Assembly (NCBI GenBank): GCA_022710185.1 | Contig: JAKLHK010000016.1 | Location: 11,900-75,899, forward strand | Length of the DNA: 64,000 nt | Reading direction: 5' to 3' | From: Bacteroidota bacterium | GTDB taxonomy: Bacteria; Bacteroidota; Bacteroidia; Bacteroidales; JAGNHN01 | Shown here: positions 46,993-58,013 of the stretch, piece by piece | Numbering within the stretch: position 1 is the first letter of the stretch | Layout of the letters: each line of letters opens with the position of its first letter | The notes under the pieces: generated by a model | The model's input: the letters and a program-made list of their open reading frames with translations, nothing else | Databases searched by the model: none | Told to the model about the DNA's origin: nothing | Position numbers and translations under genes: made by a program

Positions 46993-49900
46993 CTATCGTC
47001 CACTGGCTGAGCGCCATTCCGTTCCGCCGGTATGTGCCCCAAACTCCGGGGCATACAGGCTCTGTATGCTGGCCGGGCCGGAGGTAAAGCTCCCTTCCTG
47101 GCTCACCAACAGGTCGTACTCCAGCACATGGGTCCCCTGGGGAAGATGTTCGAAATACCAGTGGGTGGCCACATCGCGCAGGCTGAGGTACCAACCCAGT
47201 CCGCCCTCCCAACGGTAGCCCGAAACCTTGTCGGCGGGTTCCAGCAGGGCCGGTCGCGGGTCTTTCAGGTGAACATAGTCCAGGGAACGGCCACTGGTTA
47301 TCTCCAGGCGTACCCTGATCTTGTCCCCGGGCTGAAGGACCTTTCCTTCAATCGCTTCCAACGTTTCCTGACCGCCCGTGGTCCTGACCCTGGCCAGCAC
47401 CCGTTTCAGTCCCAGGCCTTCGGCCTGAGGGAGTACGTCCTTCATCTCGGCGAGGTATTGAAAATATACCGCACCCCAGGAAGGAGAAGAGGAGGAAGAG
47501 ACCACGGTAACCTCCGTCATGTCGGGGGTGATGGCGCCAGGTGCCCAGTCCTTTCGGAAATGGCCCGTGCCGGCTTCGATCTTAAGCCCGGGATCAGCGG
47601 AGGGTAAGACCTCCTTCCCCAGGCGCACACTGACTTCCCCATCGGGCACCAGCCAGGAGGACCCTTTGAGCAGGAAGGCCTGGCAGGCCATGGCGGTGGC
47701 CCGGCTACCCTCCCAATGCCGCACCTGCTTTTTCCGGAGCAGCCAGGTGCGCATGGCATCGATGCGCTCCTGTGGGGCGCCGTAGGCATGATAGAATTCC
47801 ACCAGTCGGGACATGCTGCCTTCAGGGGCGTTGTACCAGGCATAGCCCTGGCCCAGGTCCCTCCAGTACATCCCCGCGTCGGCGTCGCTGAGGGCCCGGT
47901 CATTCAGGGAAGCCATGATACGATCGGCCAGCTCCCTTCGCTCATCCTGGAGGGCGGCCAGCCCCAGCAGGGCCTGTACCTGTATGGGATAGGTGGTCCA
48001 GGAAGCCCCGGCCCGGTCGAAGAAGTACTTCCAGGCTTCCTTCGTGGCTTCATTCGACTCAATATCCCCAAGCCAGGGTATGAGGGCATAGAGCTCGAAC
48101 ACCTGGCCGCTTCCAGGCTGGTAGGTCTTGTATAGGTTCCCGCCCTGGCGCAGGATCTCCTGGCGGTCGCGGACCCATTCGCCCAGCAGATAGCGTGCAG
48201 CGGCAGAACCGGCCTGTACCTGGGAGGCATCCATTTCCAGGGCTCCGCTGCGCGAAAGGAAGCCCAGGCCTGCCAGAATCTCGGTGGTGATGTGACGGCT
48301 GACCCGCATTCCTGGAAACCAGGGCCATGCCCCATCGGGGGTCTGCAGTTTCACCAGGGCATCCCATTCGGCTGCCAGGCGTGCCTCGATGTCGTTCTCC
48401 TTGAAATAATACCCGATGGCCTGTTTGGCCGCCTGCTCCCCCTGCGCTTCGCGTACCCAGGGCGTTTCTTCCAGCACTACCGCCTTCAGGTCCTGGTTTT
48501 TTTCCAGGGCGGAAAAGAGGGCCTCGGGCTGGTATGACTCCCATATCCTGAATACCTCCTTTACGCCGGGATGGCTGCGGATAATGTGCCTGGCCAGGCT
48601 GTTGGAGAAGAAGCGGTTGAACACCGCATCGGCCGAGCTGCGGTCATCATCCATGAGGTAGGGCAGGGCCTGCACCACGTACCAGGAGGGGTTGGCGGTG
48701 TATTCCAGACTGAGCCTGACCGGCTCCTTTTGCACTCCCTGGGAGAGCATCAGGGGACTGATTTGGGCCGAGAGGGTGGATTTCCCCTTGACATAGAGTT
48801 GTCTGGATTCGGTGACCAGCATCCTGGATGAGAGGACCGGCAGCAGGTGTTGTTCTCCGTCGGCCGCCGCTCCCGAACGCGCGCTGAAGGTGAATTGGAG
48901 CAGGGGGGTATGGGGAGGAACCTTAAGCCTCCAGGACACCTCTGCTCCCCCTTCGGGCAGGAGGTGAAAAGAATCCTGTACCATGGTAAGGCCAAGATTT
49001 TCTGCGAGATCCTTGCCACTGAGGGCATCCCTGACCTCCAGCATGGCCTGCCCATCCAGTGGATTGTCGCCGGTATTGGCCACGCGGGCCTTGATGATGA
49101 TCTCGTCGCCTTCGTACAAATGTCTCGGAAGATTAGGGAGGATCATCAGGTCACGGGCGGTTATCAGGCTGCGGTTAAGCTGTCCTATCCTGAGATCGGG
49201 GGTATGGGCCAGGCCGAAGAGGTTCCAGCGCGTCAAAGCTTCGGGCGCGGTGAAGGATACCGTCACCCCTCCTTCTGCGTCGGTATACAGGGCCGGGAAG
49301 AAGAAGGCTGTTTCGGCCAGGTCGCGGCGGATGAAGGATTTGGTTGAAGGCCCTTCTGTGGCAGGGAGAGGGGACTCAGAAACTGTCTGGACCGGCGGCA
49401 AATCTGACTTTTTCGCTTTCTGCATGGTGTTCGGGGCTCCCTCCGGCCTGCCGCCGGCATCAAACATTTCAATGTCCCCTTCAGCGGCCATGTAGCGGAG
49501 CCCCCCTCCCCCGAACCAGAAGTCCAGTCCGAACCATTTCAGGCGGTCGTATCCACGCTCAGGCAAGGGACCAGGATAGGGTCGGTCGGGCTGGTCGCTG
49601 CGCCCCCAGCCGAGGTTGAAGCCATGGCCGGCATGCCAGTGGCGCCCGCCCGGACCGGGGCGGAAGATGCTGAAAGCCCAGGAGTGCGGGGCAATGGCGT
49701 CGAGGGAGGCATCGTACATGCCCAGCAGCAGCTCCGGCAACACCTTGCTGCCATCGTCCCCCTTGAAGGTGAAGCGCCACTCTTCAGGCTTTCCGGGCTC
49801 GATGCGGTCGCGGAACTTCATCCATCCGATCTCCAGGGCCACCCCCTGGCGGGGTACATCAAGGCGGAACTCGCCCTGATAGCAACGGCTTTCATGGATC

Positions 49901-52900
49901 GTCAGGTAGCGGACCAGGAGCCCCCCACGGTCTTCTTCGCTCACCCGTATGGGATAGACCAGCTTGTCGCCCTTGAGCTCCACCCACTCCCTGAATTTCA
50001 ATCCGCCGGCGTTGTAGCCTTCCAACAGCACCCTGAGGCGTTTGGCGCCAGTGCTGAGCAACAGGTCCACTTTGGCGCCGGGTTCGGCAGTGAGGGCAGA
50101 AAGGTGGGTCCAGAGCGGCTGACGGAAGGGGTCAGGACCCGGACCCACGCTGAATAGCTCCACCCGTTTCTCCAGAACCACCTTTTCGCCCTGCTTATCG
50201 CGGGCACTGAAGCGCAACAGGTACACCCCTTCGGGGAAATAAGTCAGCGCGTTGAGATTTAGCAGCTCCTCCGTGCGGGTGTCGAAGGTCAGGGTGCGCA
50301 GGGGTTCCAGTCCTTCCCAGGATTCTTTTTCCATGAGGTAGGGGTCCAGGGGATAGGCTTCCACGAATTCTTTCCGTGCCAGGTAGGCCTGGTCAGGGGC
50401 ATTCCAGAGGCGGGGCCGCAGCATGCGCCCGGGAAGCGGGAGGGGAATGATGTCGAGGGTGACCTCTGTCCCCACCTTGCGGCCCATCAGATTGAGTGTA
50501 CGCACGGCATAGGTGTGCCCTGCGTTGCGCGGGACGCGTTCGGGGACATCCGCCTCAATCAGCAGGGACGCCCTGCCCACCTGCACCATCGTTTGGCCTG
50601 TCCTCACTTCCCCGGAGATATCGGCGACATCCACCTCAAGGTTGTAGCGGTAAACCGGGGAGCGGTTCTTGCCGGCGCGGGGGTCAGGAAGAGCAGGAAA
50701 AAAGATGCGGAATGTCCCATCGGTCGCGGTCATTGCTTCACCGGCAGCCACCTGGACCTGCTGGTCGAGCCATGGCATGCGCCATCCGTCCCACCAGGGG
50801 TACCAGGGCATCCAGGCCGAACGGACCACCCGGTAGCTCACCCTTGCGCCACCGATGGAATGGCCTGCATAGCCGATGGCACGTCCAGGAACACTGACCG
50901 TGTCCCCCAGCCGGTATTCCCCCTCCAGGCTGTCGAAAAGTACCTCGAAACGGGGCCTCTTGTATTCTTCAACCAATACGGACACACTTCCATAGTCCGT
51001 AACCAGGGTATGGGCTCCGGTGAGCATGCCCGAGGGAGCCGTGAACGAGCCTTGGAATGAGCCCCAGTCGTTGGTCTGGTGGCGGGTCTCGCTCACCAGC
51101 TGCCCGTTGGCGTCCAGGAACCGGAGCTTCACCTCCAGAGCGGTGCGGGCCTTAGGCTGCCCTTCGTCGCTTTGGTAAACTATCCCTTTGTACCAGATGA
51201 CCTGGCCTGGCCGGTAAACGCTGCGGTCGGTGAAGATGCGGCATTCGGGCCGGCTGCGGGAGGTGACCTCCTTACGATTAAGCAGGTAGAAATAGTCTTC
51301 CCCCGAGAGGAAATCCGTTTTGTACCTCAGGGTGAGGTAGGCCTGGCGCTCCGGGCCATTCCCGTCCGTGCCCTGCAGCACGGCCATCCCTTGCTCATCG
51401 GTAGTGGTTACCGGCCCGGGGCTAACCATATATTTGCGGGAGCGGTAGTCGTAGAAACGATAGTAGACAGAGACGATGGCACTGGCCAAGGGCTGGCCGG
51501 TGGAACGGGAGCTGACCATGACCTCCAGGGGCCCGTTGTCGCGCTGGTCGGTAACATAGGCGAGGTCTGATACCCAGAAGGACGTGAAGGAAGTGACCGA
51601 TCCCCCTTCCATGGCGTCTGCATCGGAGGCGAGCAGGGCATAATGACCGTGTCCCAGGGGCGGCAGGGGCAGCTCCACGCGATGGGTCTGATAGTCCCCC
51701 TCATTCATCATTGGAAAAGTAAGGTTATGCAGGATGGGAAGGGCCGCCAGATGGGCAAAGGCATCGGAGGGCCGGCCCGACTGGAGCAGCTCCCTGTACT
51801 GGTTTTCTTCCACAGCAACGATCCTCAGACGTACCTTCTTCAGGTTATCATGGCTGATGAGCGCCAGGGACGGGACCTGAGGGATGAGCACATTGGCAGC
51901 CTGAAGATCCAGGGCCGGCCTGGCCATCTCCTTCATCAGCTGGCGGCAGTGGGGAGCATGGAAGGCTGAGGGGAAGGCCTTCACTGCCGCTTCCATGAGG
52001 CGCATGGCCTCCGCCTTGTCCCATCGGGCGGTAGTGTCCCCGGAGGGATCGTAGCCCGAGCCGCTGACCAGGAGGTCCTGGGCCAGGCGGTACACCACAT
52101 CCACGCTCACCGGCTGCTGTCTCCAGGCCAGGGCCAATTCACGCAGGGCCCGGCGGTAAAGACTGTCGGCCGATTCCCCGCCTATACTCTGCCGCACAAA
52201 ACTGAGGCGGTTAAGGTCGGCATCCACCAGCGGAAGGGGCTTACCGCCCCTGGAATGAATGCGGAGCAATCGCTGGTACACGCCCAGGGCTGCATGAAGG
52301 GGGCCCCGGGCTTCATCCAGGCTGAGTGCGGTGAATGACCTGGCATCATAGTACAATTCCTCCCGCTGGCGCAGGACCTGGGCCTCCTGGGGACTGGCAT
52401 AGCCTGCATCGTCTGACGTCAGAAACTCCAGGGCGCGGGAGGCCAGTAGGTCGTAGAGGGTGGGCCTGAGCTCAGCGGAGCCCTGCCCTGTGTCGAGGAC
52501 CAGGGCGAACTCGCGCACCGGCATGGATTGAAGTAGTCCTTCCTGTCCCAAACTGGCCAAATACTCCCCCGAGATACGCTTCGAGAAGGTCGGCAGGTCC
52601 CACCATTCCATGCGGTCCCCGGCTTGAGGGTAATACGTACGGCCACTGACGCGGTAGTGGTTTTCACGGAGATAGCGCCAACGCACCTCGGCCAGCAGGG
52701 AGCCGAGCACCGCCTTTTCGGCCCCGTTGGCCCCTGCAAGGAGTTCTTCCAGGTAGGCCGCTGATTTTAGGTAGGCATCTTCTTCGAAATCCGCGCTCAG
52801 CTTGATATGGTATACCACCGCCTTGACCTTTTGCGGGAGCTGGCGCTCCTTGTCGGCCATGATCATCAGCTGATCCACGACTTTCATGGCCTCCCTGGGC

Positions 52901-53040
52901 TGGGACAGGGATTCCAGACGCTCCACCTCGGCCCAGAGCTCGGGATAGGTCGGCTGGGCCTGGGTTCCGGCCATGGGAATCAATCCAAAGGTGGCCAGGG
53001 CGATGAGCCGGCGGGCCAGTTTCTTCACAGTGTTTGACAT
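46993..53040 (-). CDS. Alpha-2-macroglobulin family protein (2015 aa), thioester motif absent
   Basis: A2M hallmark RRDLAETAFFFPALYTDAEGGVTVSFTAPEALTRWNLFGLAHT. Signal peptide MSNTVKKLARRLIALATFGLIPMAGTQAQ at ATG 53040. Where CxEQ is expected after ALPYL, the sequence reads MDDDRSSADAVFNRFF. Confidence 0.8.
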   Translation of the reverse strand: MSNTVKKLARRLIALATFGLIPMAGTQAQPTYPELWAEVERLESLSQPREAMKVVDQLMIMADKERQLPQKVKAVVYHIKLSADFEEDAYLKSAAYLEELLAGANGAEKAVLGSLLAEVRWRYLRENHYRVSGRTYYPQAGDRMEWWDLPTFSKRISGEYLASLGQEGLLQSMPVREFALVLDTGQGSAELRPTLYDLLASRALEFLTSDDAGYASPQEAQVLRQREELYYDARSFTALSLDEARGPLHAALGVYQRLLRIHSRGGKPLPLVDADLNRLSFVRQSIGGESADSLYRRALRELALAWRQQPVSVDVVYRLAQDLLVSGSGYDPSGDTTARWDKAEAMRLMEAAVKAFPSAFHAPHCRQLMKEMARPALDLQAANVLIPQVPSLALISHDNLKKVRLRIVAVEENQYRELLQSGRPSDAFAHLAALPILHNLTFPMMNEGDYQTHRVELPLPPLGHGHYALLASDADAMEGGSVTSFTSFWVSDLAYVTDQRDNGPLEVMVSSRSTGQPLASAIVSVYYRFYDYRSRKYMVSPGPVTTTDEQGMAVLQGTDGNGPERQAYLTLRYKTDFLSGEDYFYLLNRKEVTSRSRPECRIFTDRSVYRPGQVIWYKGIVYQSDEGQPKARTALEVKLRFLDANGQLVSETRHQTNDWGSFQGSFTAPSGMLTGAHTLVTDYGSVSVLVEEYKRPRFEVLFDSLEGEYRLGDTVSVPGRAIGYAGHSIGGARVSYRVVRSAWMPWYPWWDGWRMPWLDQQVQVAAGEAMTATDGTFRIFFPALPDPRAGKNRSPVYRYNLEVDVADISGEVRTGQTMVQVGRASLLIEADVPERVPRNAGHTYAVRTLNLMGRKVGTEVTLDIIPLPLPGRMLRPRLWNAPDQAYLARKEFVEAYPLDPYLMEKESWEGLEPLRTLTFDTRTEELLNLNALTYFPEGVYLLRFSARDKQGEKVVLEKRVELFSVGPGPDPFRQPLWTHLSALTAEPGAKVDLLLSTGAKRLRVLLEGYNAGGLKFREWVELKGDKLVYPIRVSEEDRGGLLVRYLTIHESRCYQGEFRLDVPRQGVALEIGWMKFRDRIEPGKPEEWRFTFKGDDGSKVLPELLLGMYDASLDAIAPHSWAFSIFRPGPGGRHWHAGHGFNLGWGRSDQPDRPYPGPLPERGYDRLKWFGLDFWFGGGGLRYMAAEGDIEMFDAGGRPEGAPNTMQKAKKSDLPPVQTVSESPLPATEGPSTKSFIRRDLAETAFFFPALYTDAEGGVTVSFTAPEALTRWNLFGLAHTPDLRIGQLNRSLITARDLMILPNLPRHLYEGDEIIIKARVANTGDNPLDGQAMLEVRDALSGKDLAENLGLTMVQDSFHLLPEGGAEVSWRLKVPPHTPLLQFTFSARSGAAADGEQHLLPVLSSRMLVTESRQLYVKGKSTLSAQISPLMLSQGVQKEPVRLSLEYTANPSWYVVQALPYLMDDDRSSADAVFNRFFSNSLARHIIRSHPGVKEVFRIWESYQPEALFSALEKNQDLKAVVLEETPWVREAQGEQAAKQAIGYYFKENDIEARLAAEWDALVKLQTPDGAWPWFPGMRVSRHITTEILAGLGFLSRSGALEMDASQVQAGSAAARYLLGEWVRDRQEILRQGGNLYKTYQPGSGQVFELYALIPWLGDIESNEATKEAWKYFFDRAGASWTTYPIQVQALLGLAALQDERRELADRIMASLNDRALSDADAGMYWRDLGQGYAWYNAPEGSMSRLVEFYHAYGAPQERIDAMRTWLLRKKQVRHWEGSRATAMACQAFLLKGSSWLVPDGEVSVRLGKEVLPSADPGLKIEAGTGHFRKDWAPGAITPDMTEVTVVSSSSSPSWGAVYFQYLAEMKDVLPQAEGLGLKRVLARVRTTGGQETLEAIEGKVLQPGDKIRVRLEITSGRSLDYVHLKDPRPALLEPADKVSGYRWEGGLGWYLSLRDVATHWYFEHLPQGTHVLEYDLLVSQEGSFTSGPASIQSLYAPEFGAHTGGTEWRSASGR

Positions 53041-53101
53041 GGGAGAGGGGTGTGGGTGGGTGGTTTGGATCTTGAGTTGCTGATATCCCTGAACCGGTGC
53101 A

Positions 53102-53911
53102 TCAACGACTGCCTGTCTTGGCTGGCTTCCCCTTGAGGGAGGAGCGCAGGGGATGGGCCAGGTTGGCATAGGAGATCAGCTCCAGGCGCACTGAACCGAC
53201 AATGACCTCCGACTCGGCCAGCAAGGGCAGTTTATTGGCGTCGTCGGTGACCCAGACTGTCATGGGATAGTCTTCGTCGAAGACATTGCCCTGCAATACC
53301 TTGGGCTTGAACTTCAGGCAGGCGAAGCGCCCCATCTTCAGGTCGATGGTGTCGCGGCCTTCGAAGCGTACCCAGCTCGTGGACAGCTCGTCGTCGTATA
53401 TGAACTCTATGGGGAAGATCTGGCCCTTGCGCGCCTTGCTGAAATCCAGGCTGCGGGTGTAGAACAGGGCAGAAATGATATCGTGAGTACTGGGGGTGAT
53501 GGATGTCCTGGCCCGGGTACTGGTCACGACCTTTTTCTGATGATCGAAAACATAGTCCTCATCCTTGCGGAACTTCCCCTCCCGCGTGCGGCGGGAATAC
53601 TTGAGCGGAAGCATGCTTTCCTGATGGATCCAGGTCTCGAAACGTTCATACACCTCGAAGAACCAATTGAACCCCTTGGTGGAAGCCCCTTCCGCCTTCA
53701 CATGGAAGGAGGGTTTGCCGTTGACCTTCTGAACTACCGGATTGACCTTGAGCGTAGCGTACCCGGCGGTCATATTGCCCACCCAGGAATGATAGTAGGC
53801 CCTGAACCGCAGCTCTTCCCCGGGCTTGAACGCCTGGGATTTCACCGGTCCCGATGCGAACAGCGGCAGAAGGCAGAATAAAAGGATGAGGCTGATGAAC
53901 GAAGGTTTCAT
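53102..53911 (-). CDS. DUF3108-like secreted protein
   Basis: Signal peptide MKPSFISLILLFCLLPLFASG at internal ATG 53911. FKPGEELRFRAYYHSWVGNMTAGYATLKV resembles the DUF3108 N-terminus as I recall it. Confidence 0.6.
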   Translation of the reverse strand: MKPSFISLILLFCLLPLFASGPVKSQAFKPGEELRFRAYYHSWVGNMTAGYATLKVNPVVQKVNGKPSFHVKAEGASTKGFNWFFEVYERFETWIHQESMLPLKYSRRTREGKFRKDEDYVFDHQKKVVTSTRARTSITPSTHDIISALFYTRSLDFSKARKGQIFPIEFIYDDELSTSWVRFEGRDTIDLKMGRFACLKFKPKVLQGNVFDEDYPMTVWVTDDANKLPLLAESEVIVGSVRLELISYANLAHPLRSSLKGKPAKTGSR

Positions 53912-54006
53912 GGCTTGCTTTTTAAAGGTACAAACAAAAAGCAGGCCACAGCAGAACTGCGCTTTCATTCCATTTCCCCGGGATGAGCGCCGGAAGGCCG
54001 AAAAGC

Positions 54007-56790
54007 TCAGGATACCACGACGTTGATGATCTTCCCCGGTACCACGATGATCTTGCGGATGCTGAGCCCTTCCAGCCATTTGCCGGCCTGGGGGGCAGTA
54101 CGGACGGCCTCTTCGATCGCCGGAACCGGCATATCGACGGGAAGGTTAAGTTTGAAGCGCAGCTTACCGTTGAAGGAAACGGGGTATTCGAAGCTGGCCT
54201 CCTGCAGCAGGGCCTCGTCGTAGGTCGGGAAGACGGCCCCGGTGACACTGGAGCTATGCCCCAGCTTTTGCCATAGCTCCTCCGCGATATGCGGGGCATA
54301 GGGCGAAAGCAACACCACCAGGGGTTCCAGGATAGTGCGCTTGCGGCAGCGCAGGTCGCCCAGCTCGTTTACGCAAATCATCAGGGTACTGACCACCGTG
54401 TTGAAGGAAAACCGCTCGATATCCTCACTTACCTTCTTAATGGTCTTGTGCAGCACTTTCAGCTCGGCTTCCGTAGGATCCCCGTCAGCCACGCTGAACC
54501 CCGCCTCATCGTGAAAAAGCCTCCACAGTTTCTTCATGAAACGGAACACCCCCTCTATGCCGTTGGTATCCCAGGGCTTGTGATCGGTGAGGGGGCCCAG
54601 GAACATCTCATACAGCCTCAGGGTATCGGCCCCGTAACGCTCCACGAGTTCATCGGGGCTCTGGACGTTGTGCTTCGACTTCGACATCTTCTCCACCTCG
54701 TACCCGCAGAGGTATTTTCCGTCTTCCAGGATGAACCCGGCGGTGGAGAATTCGGGCCTCCACTGCCGGAAAGCCTCAAGATCGAGCTCGTCGTTGTGTA
54801 CCATATTGATGTCCACGTGCAGGGCCTGGGTCTCATGGTCATTGCGCAGGTTGCGCGAGACAAACGTATTGGTACCGCTGATGCGGTAAACGAAGCTGGA
54901 CCTACCCTGGATCTTTCCCTGGTTGATGAGCTTGCGGAAGGGTTCATCCTCGCATACCAGGCCGAGGTCATACAGGAACTTGTTCCAGAAGCGGGAATAG
55001 AGCAGGTGTCCCGTGGCGTGCTCATCCCCTCCGATGTAGAGGTCGACATTCCTCCAGTAGGCATTGGCCTCCGGTGAAAAGTAGGCCTGGGTGTTCCGGG
55101 GGTCCATATACCGCAGGTAGTACCCACTGCTTCCGGCAAATCCGGGCATGGTATTGGTTTCCAAGGGATATCCCTCGGGTGTGTGCCAGTTCTTGGCTCG
55201 GGCCAGGGGCGGGTCACCGCTTTCCGTGGGCAGGTATTTGTCCACGGGGGGCAGCTCTAGGGGGAGCTGGTCTTCGGGAAGGGTATAGGGCATCCCGTCC
55301 TTGTAGTACACCGGGAAAGGTTCGCCCCAGTAACGCTGGCGGCTGAAGATGGCATCGCGCAGGCGGTAGTTCACCCTGCCGGTGCCCAGCTGCCTATCCT
55401 CCAGGTATTCTATGGTGGCCCGGATGGCGGCCTTGACGTCCATGCCGTCGAGCATGCCCGAGTTCACCATCTTTCCCTCCTTGGAATCGTAGGAGTCTTC
55501 CCAGCCCGCAGGATCTGTAGGTTGGTCTCCTGGAGCTACCACCACCTGGCGTATTGGAAGGCCAAAGTGGCGGGCAAAACTGAAGTCGCGGCTGTCGTGC
55601 CCGGGCACCGCCATGATGGCCCCGGTGCCGTACCCGGCCAGCACATAATCGGCGATCCACACCGGCAGCGCTTCCCCGTTAAGGGGATTGATGCCGTATG
55701 CCCCGGTGAATACCCCGCTGACCTGCTTCACCTCGGCCATGCGCTCGCGCTCGGAACGGTTTCTGGCCCAGCTGGCGTAGCGTTCCACCTCTTCCCGCTG
55801 TTCCGGTGCGGTGATCCTCGCCACCAGCTCATGCTCCGGGGCCAGCACCATAAACGTGGCACCGAACAGGGTATCCGGACGGGTGGTAAACACCTCTATC
55901 TTTTCTTCATGGCCTTCGATGCTGAACATGACCGTAGCGCCTTCGCTGCGGCCGATCCAATTGCGCTGCATCTCCTTGATGGAATCGCTCCAGTCGATAC
56001 GGTCCAAGCCGTCGAGCAGGCGCTGGGCATAGGCCGTGATGCGCAGCGACCATTGTTTCATGCGCTTGCGTTCCACCGGGTGCCCTCCCCGTTCCGAGAA
56101 ACCATCCTTCACCTCATCGTTGGCCAGCACCGTGCCCAGGGCAGGGCACCAATTGACCCAGGTATCGGCCAGGTAGGCCAGGCGGAAATGCATAAGGAGC
56201 TCCTGCCGCCCATTTTCGTTCAGGCCGTTCCAGTCCGCTGCCGTGAAGTCCCACACACAGGTATGGAAGGCCCTGGCGCCCTGCGCCCCGCTTACCCGGA
56301 AGATGGCTTCCAGTTCCTCCAGGGGCCGGGCCTTGTCGAGGGAGGTATCGTACCAGCTGTGAAAGAGCCGGATGAAGGTCCATTGCGTCCATTGATAATA
56401 GGCCGGGTCGCAGGTCTGCACCTCCCGGTCCCAGTCGTAGGAGAAGCCGAGCTTGTCGAGCTGCTCCCGGTATCGCTCAATGTTGCGGGCCGTGGTGAGG
56501 GCGGGATGGGTGCCCGTTTGTATGGCATACTGCTCCGCAGGAAGGCCGTAGGCATCGTAGCCCATGGGGTGCAGCACATTGTACCCGCGGTGCCGCATAT
56601 AGCGGGCGTATATGTCGGAGGCGATGTATCCGAGCGGATGCCCCACATGCAGCCCTGCCCCTGAGGGATAGGGGAACATGTCCAGGACATAGTACTTGGG
56701 CCGTGAGGGGTCCTCCGTGGCGCGATAGGTCTTATGCTCCGCCCAATACTTGCGCCACCTGGGCTCTATCTCTCTGAAATTATAATCCAT
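54007..56790 (-). CDS. leuS: Leucine--tRNA ligase
   Basis: HIGH-type motif [16 protein letters not shown] and KMSKS motif [10 protein letters not shown]. 927 aa. Confidence 0.95.
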   Translation of the reverse strand: MDYNFREIEPRWRKYWAEHKTYRATEDPSRPKYYVLDMFPYPSGAGLHVGHPLGYIASDIYARYMRHRGYNVLHPMGYDAYGLPAEQYAIQTGTHPALTTARNIERYREQLDKLGFSYDWDREVQTCDPAYYQWTQWTFIRLFHSWYDTSLDKARPLEELEAIFRVSGAQGARAFHTCVWDFTAADWNGLNENGRQELLMHFRLAYLADTWVNWCPALGTVLANDEVKDGFSERGGHPVERKRMKQWSLRITAYAQRLLDGLDRIDWSDSIKEMQRNWIGRSEGATVMFSIEGHEEKIEVFTTRPDTLFGATFMVLAPEHELVARITAPEQREEVERYASWARNRSERERMAEVKQVSGVFTGAYGINPLNGEALPVWIADYVLAGYGTGAIMAVPGHDSRDFSFARHFGLPIRQVVVAPGDQPTDPAGWEDSYDSKEGKMVNSGMLDGMDVKAAIRATIEYLEDRQLGTGRVNYRLRDAIFSRQRYWGEPFPVYYKDGMPYTLPEDQLPLELPPVDKYLPTESGDPPLARAKNWHTPEGYPLETNTMPGFAGSSGYYLRYMDPRNTQAYFSPEANAYWRNVDLYIGGDEHATGHLLYSRFWNKFLYDLGLVCEDEPFRKLINQGKIQGRSSFVYRISGTNTFVSRNLRNDHETQALHVDINMVHNDELDLEAFRQWRPEFSTAGFILEDGKYLCGYEVEKMSKSKHNVQSPDELVERYGADTLRLYEMFLGPLTDHKPWDTNGIEGVFRFMKKLWRLFHDEAGFSVADGDPTEAELKVLHKTIKKVSEDIERFSFNTVVSTLMICVNELGDLRCRKRTILEPLVVLLSPYAPHIAEELWQKLGHSSSVTGAVFPTYDEALLQEASFEYPVSFNGKLRFKLNLPVDMPVPAIEEAVRTAPQAGKWLEGLSIRKIIVVPGKIINVVVS

Positions 56791-56820
56791 AGGATCCTCC
56801 GGGCTCGGTTTTTAAGAGTG

Positions 56821-56828
56821 CAAAATTA
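56821..56828 (-). promoter_or_regulatory. Possible -7 box for leuS
   Basis: On the minus strand, TAATTTTG lies 30 nt upstream of the leuS ATG. I found no clear -33 TTG. Confidence 0.3.
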
Positions 56829-56926
56829 GCATTTTGAGGGATACGGGCCCGTTGGGGCCTGGGCACGATGCCCCTTGCTTCCCCCGGTCGTATTCCTTAA
56901 CTTTCCCGACTCAGCCTGGCCTGCCG

Positions 56927-57937
56927 ATGAAGGAAGCGCTATTTTACACAAGAGAAGCCCAAGGGGTACGCTGTTCCCTCTGTCCCCAGGCATGCCTGAT
57001 CGCCGATGGATCTTCAGGAAACTGCAGGGTAAGGCGCAATACAGGCGGACGCCTGATCGCGGAAACCTACGGCAGGGTGTCGTCAATGCACCCTGATCCC
57101 ATCGAGAAAAAACCCCTCTATCATTTCCATCCCGGAAGCTCCATCCTTTCGTTGGGCACCCTAGGCTGCAACCTGCACTGCCGCTACTGTCAGAACCATT
57201 CCATTTCCCAGGCCGGAACCGACGACCTCCCCCTACTCTCGTACCGCAGCCCGGATGAGATCGTGAACCAGGCCAGGACCATGGAAGGCAACCTGGGGAT
57301 CGCCTTCACCTATAACGAGCCTACGGTCTGGATAGAATTCATGCTCGATATTGCCGGTCCGGCGAAGGGGGCCGGCCTGAAAACCATTGTGGTGAGCAAT
57401 GGGTACATCCTTCCGGAGCCGCTGGACCGCATGCTGGAAGTCACCGATGCCTTCAATATCGACCTGAAAGGTTTCACCGGGGACTTCTACCGTAAGGTCA
57501 CCTTCGCCTCCCTGTCCCCGGTGCTTGATACCCTGGTCCGTATCCGAAGTGCCGGGCTCCACCTGGAGCTTACCTGCCTCATCGTTCCCGGCCTCAACGA
57601 TAACCCGGACATATTCAGGGACATACTTACCTGGATCTGCGACACCCTGGGAGAGGACACTCCCCTGCACCTCTCCCGTTACTTTCCGACTTACCGTATG
57701 AACTTGCCGCCCACTCCACTACATACCCTGACCGGGCTGCATTCCCTGGCCAGTGAGCGTATGCCCTATGTGTATATCGGCAATGCCGGTTATCAGGAAA
57801 AGGGAAGGGACACCCACTGTGCACGCTGCGGTACCCTCGCCATCCGCCGGGAAGGATACCAAACGGAGGTTCCGGGCCTTGATGCCGGGGGCTTTTGTCT
57901 GAACTGCGGTACGCGCGTGGCGGAACGTCACAAATGA
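56927..57937 (+). CDS. AmmeMemoRadiSam-system radical SAM enzyme (AmrS-like)
   Basis: CNLHCRYCQNHSIS CX3CX2C motif. The N-terminal RCSLCPQACLIADGSSGNCRVRRN and the C-terminal Cys pairs (HCARCG, CLNCG) are typical of this family. The start was trimmed to MKEALFYT. Confidence 0.75.
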   Translation: MKEALFYTREAQGVRCSLCPQACLIADGSSGNCRVRRNTGGRLIAETYGRVSSMHPDPIEKKPLYHFHPGSSILSLGTLGCNLHCRYCQNHSISQAGTDDLPLLSYRSPDEIVNQARTMEGNLGIAFTYNEPTVWIEFMLDIAGPAKGAGLKTIVVSNGYILPEPLDRMLEVTDAFNIDLKGFTGDFYRKVTFASLSPVLDTLVRIRSAGLHLELTCLIVPGLNDNPDIFRDILTWICDTLGEDTPLHLSRYFPTYRMNLPPTPLHTLTGLHSLASERMPYVYIGNAGYQEKGRDTHCARCGTLAIRREGYQTEVPGLDAGGFCLNCGTRVAERHK

Positions 57938-58013
57938 CTTTGAACACAGGGCCGTGAGCCCTGAGCATTGAATTCCCCCTTTCTTCGTATTTTCGTCCAT
58001 TGATACCCATTAA

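Noticed and set aside
53041-53169. N-terminal extensions in the ORF track: A2M to 53169, DUF3108 to 54079, glyQS to 33620, speA from 33591, atpB from 36540, AmrS from 56834, ctp to 29330, and others.
   Set aside because: In each case the extension precedes an internal Met that is followed by a proper signal peptide or a conserved family N-terminus. The extensions also overlap neighbouring genes or promoter motifs, so the starts were trimmed.
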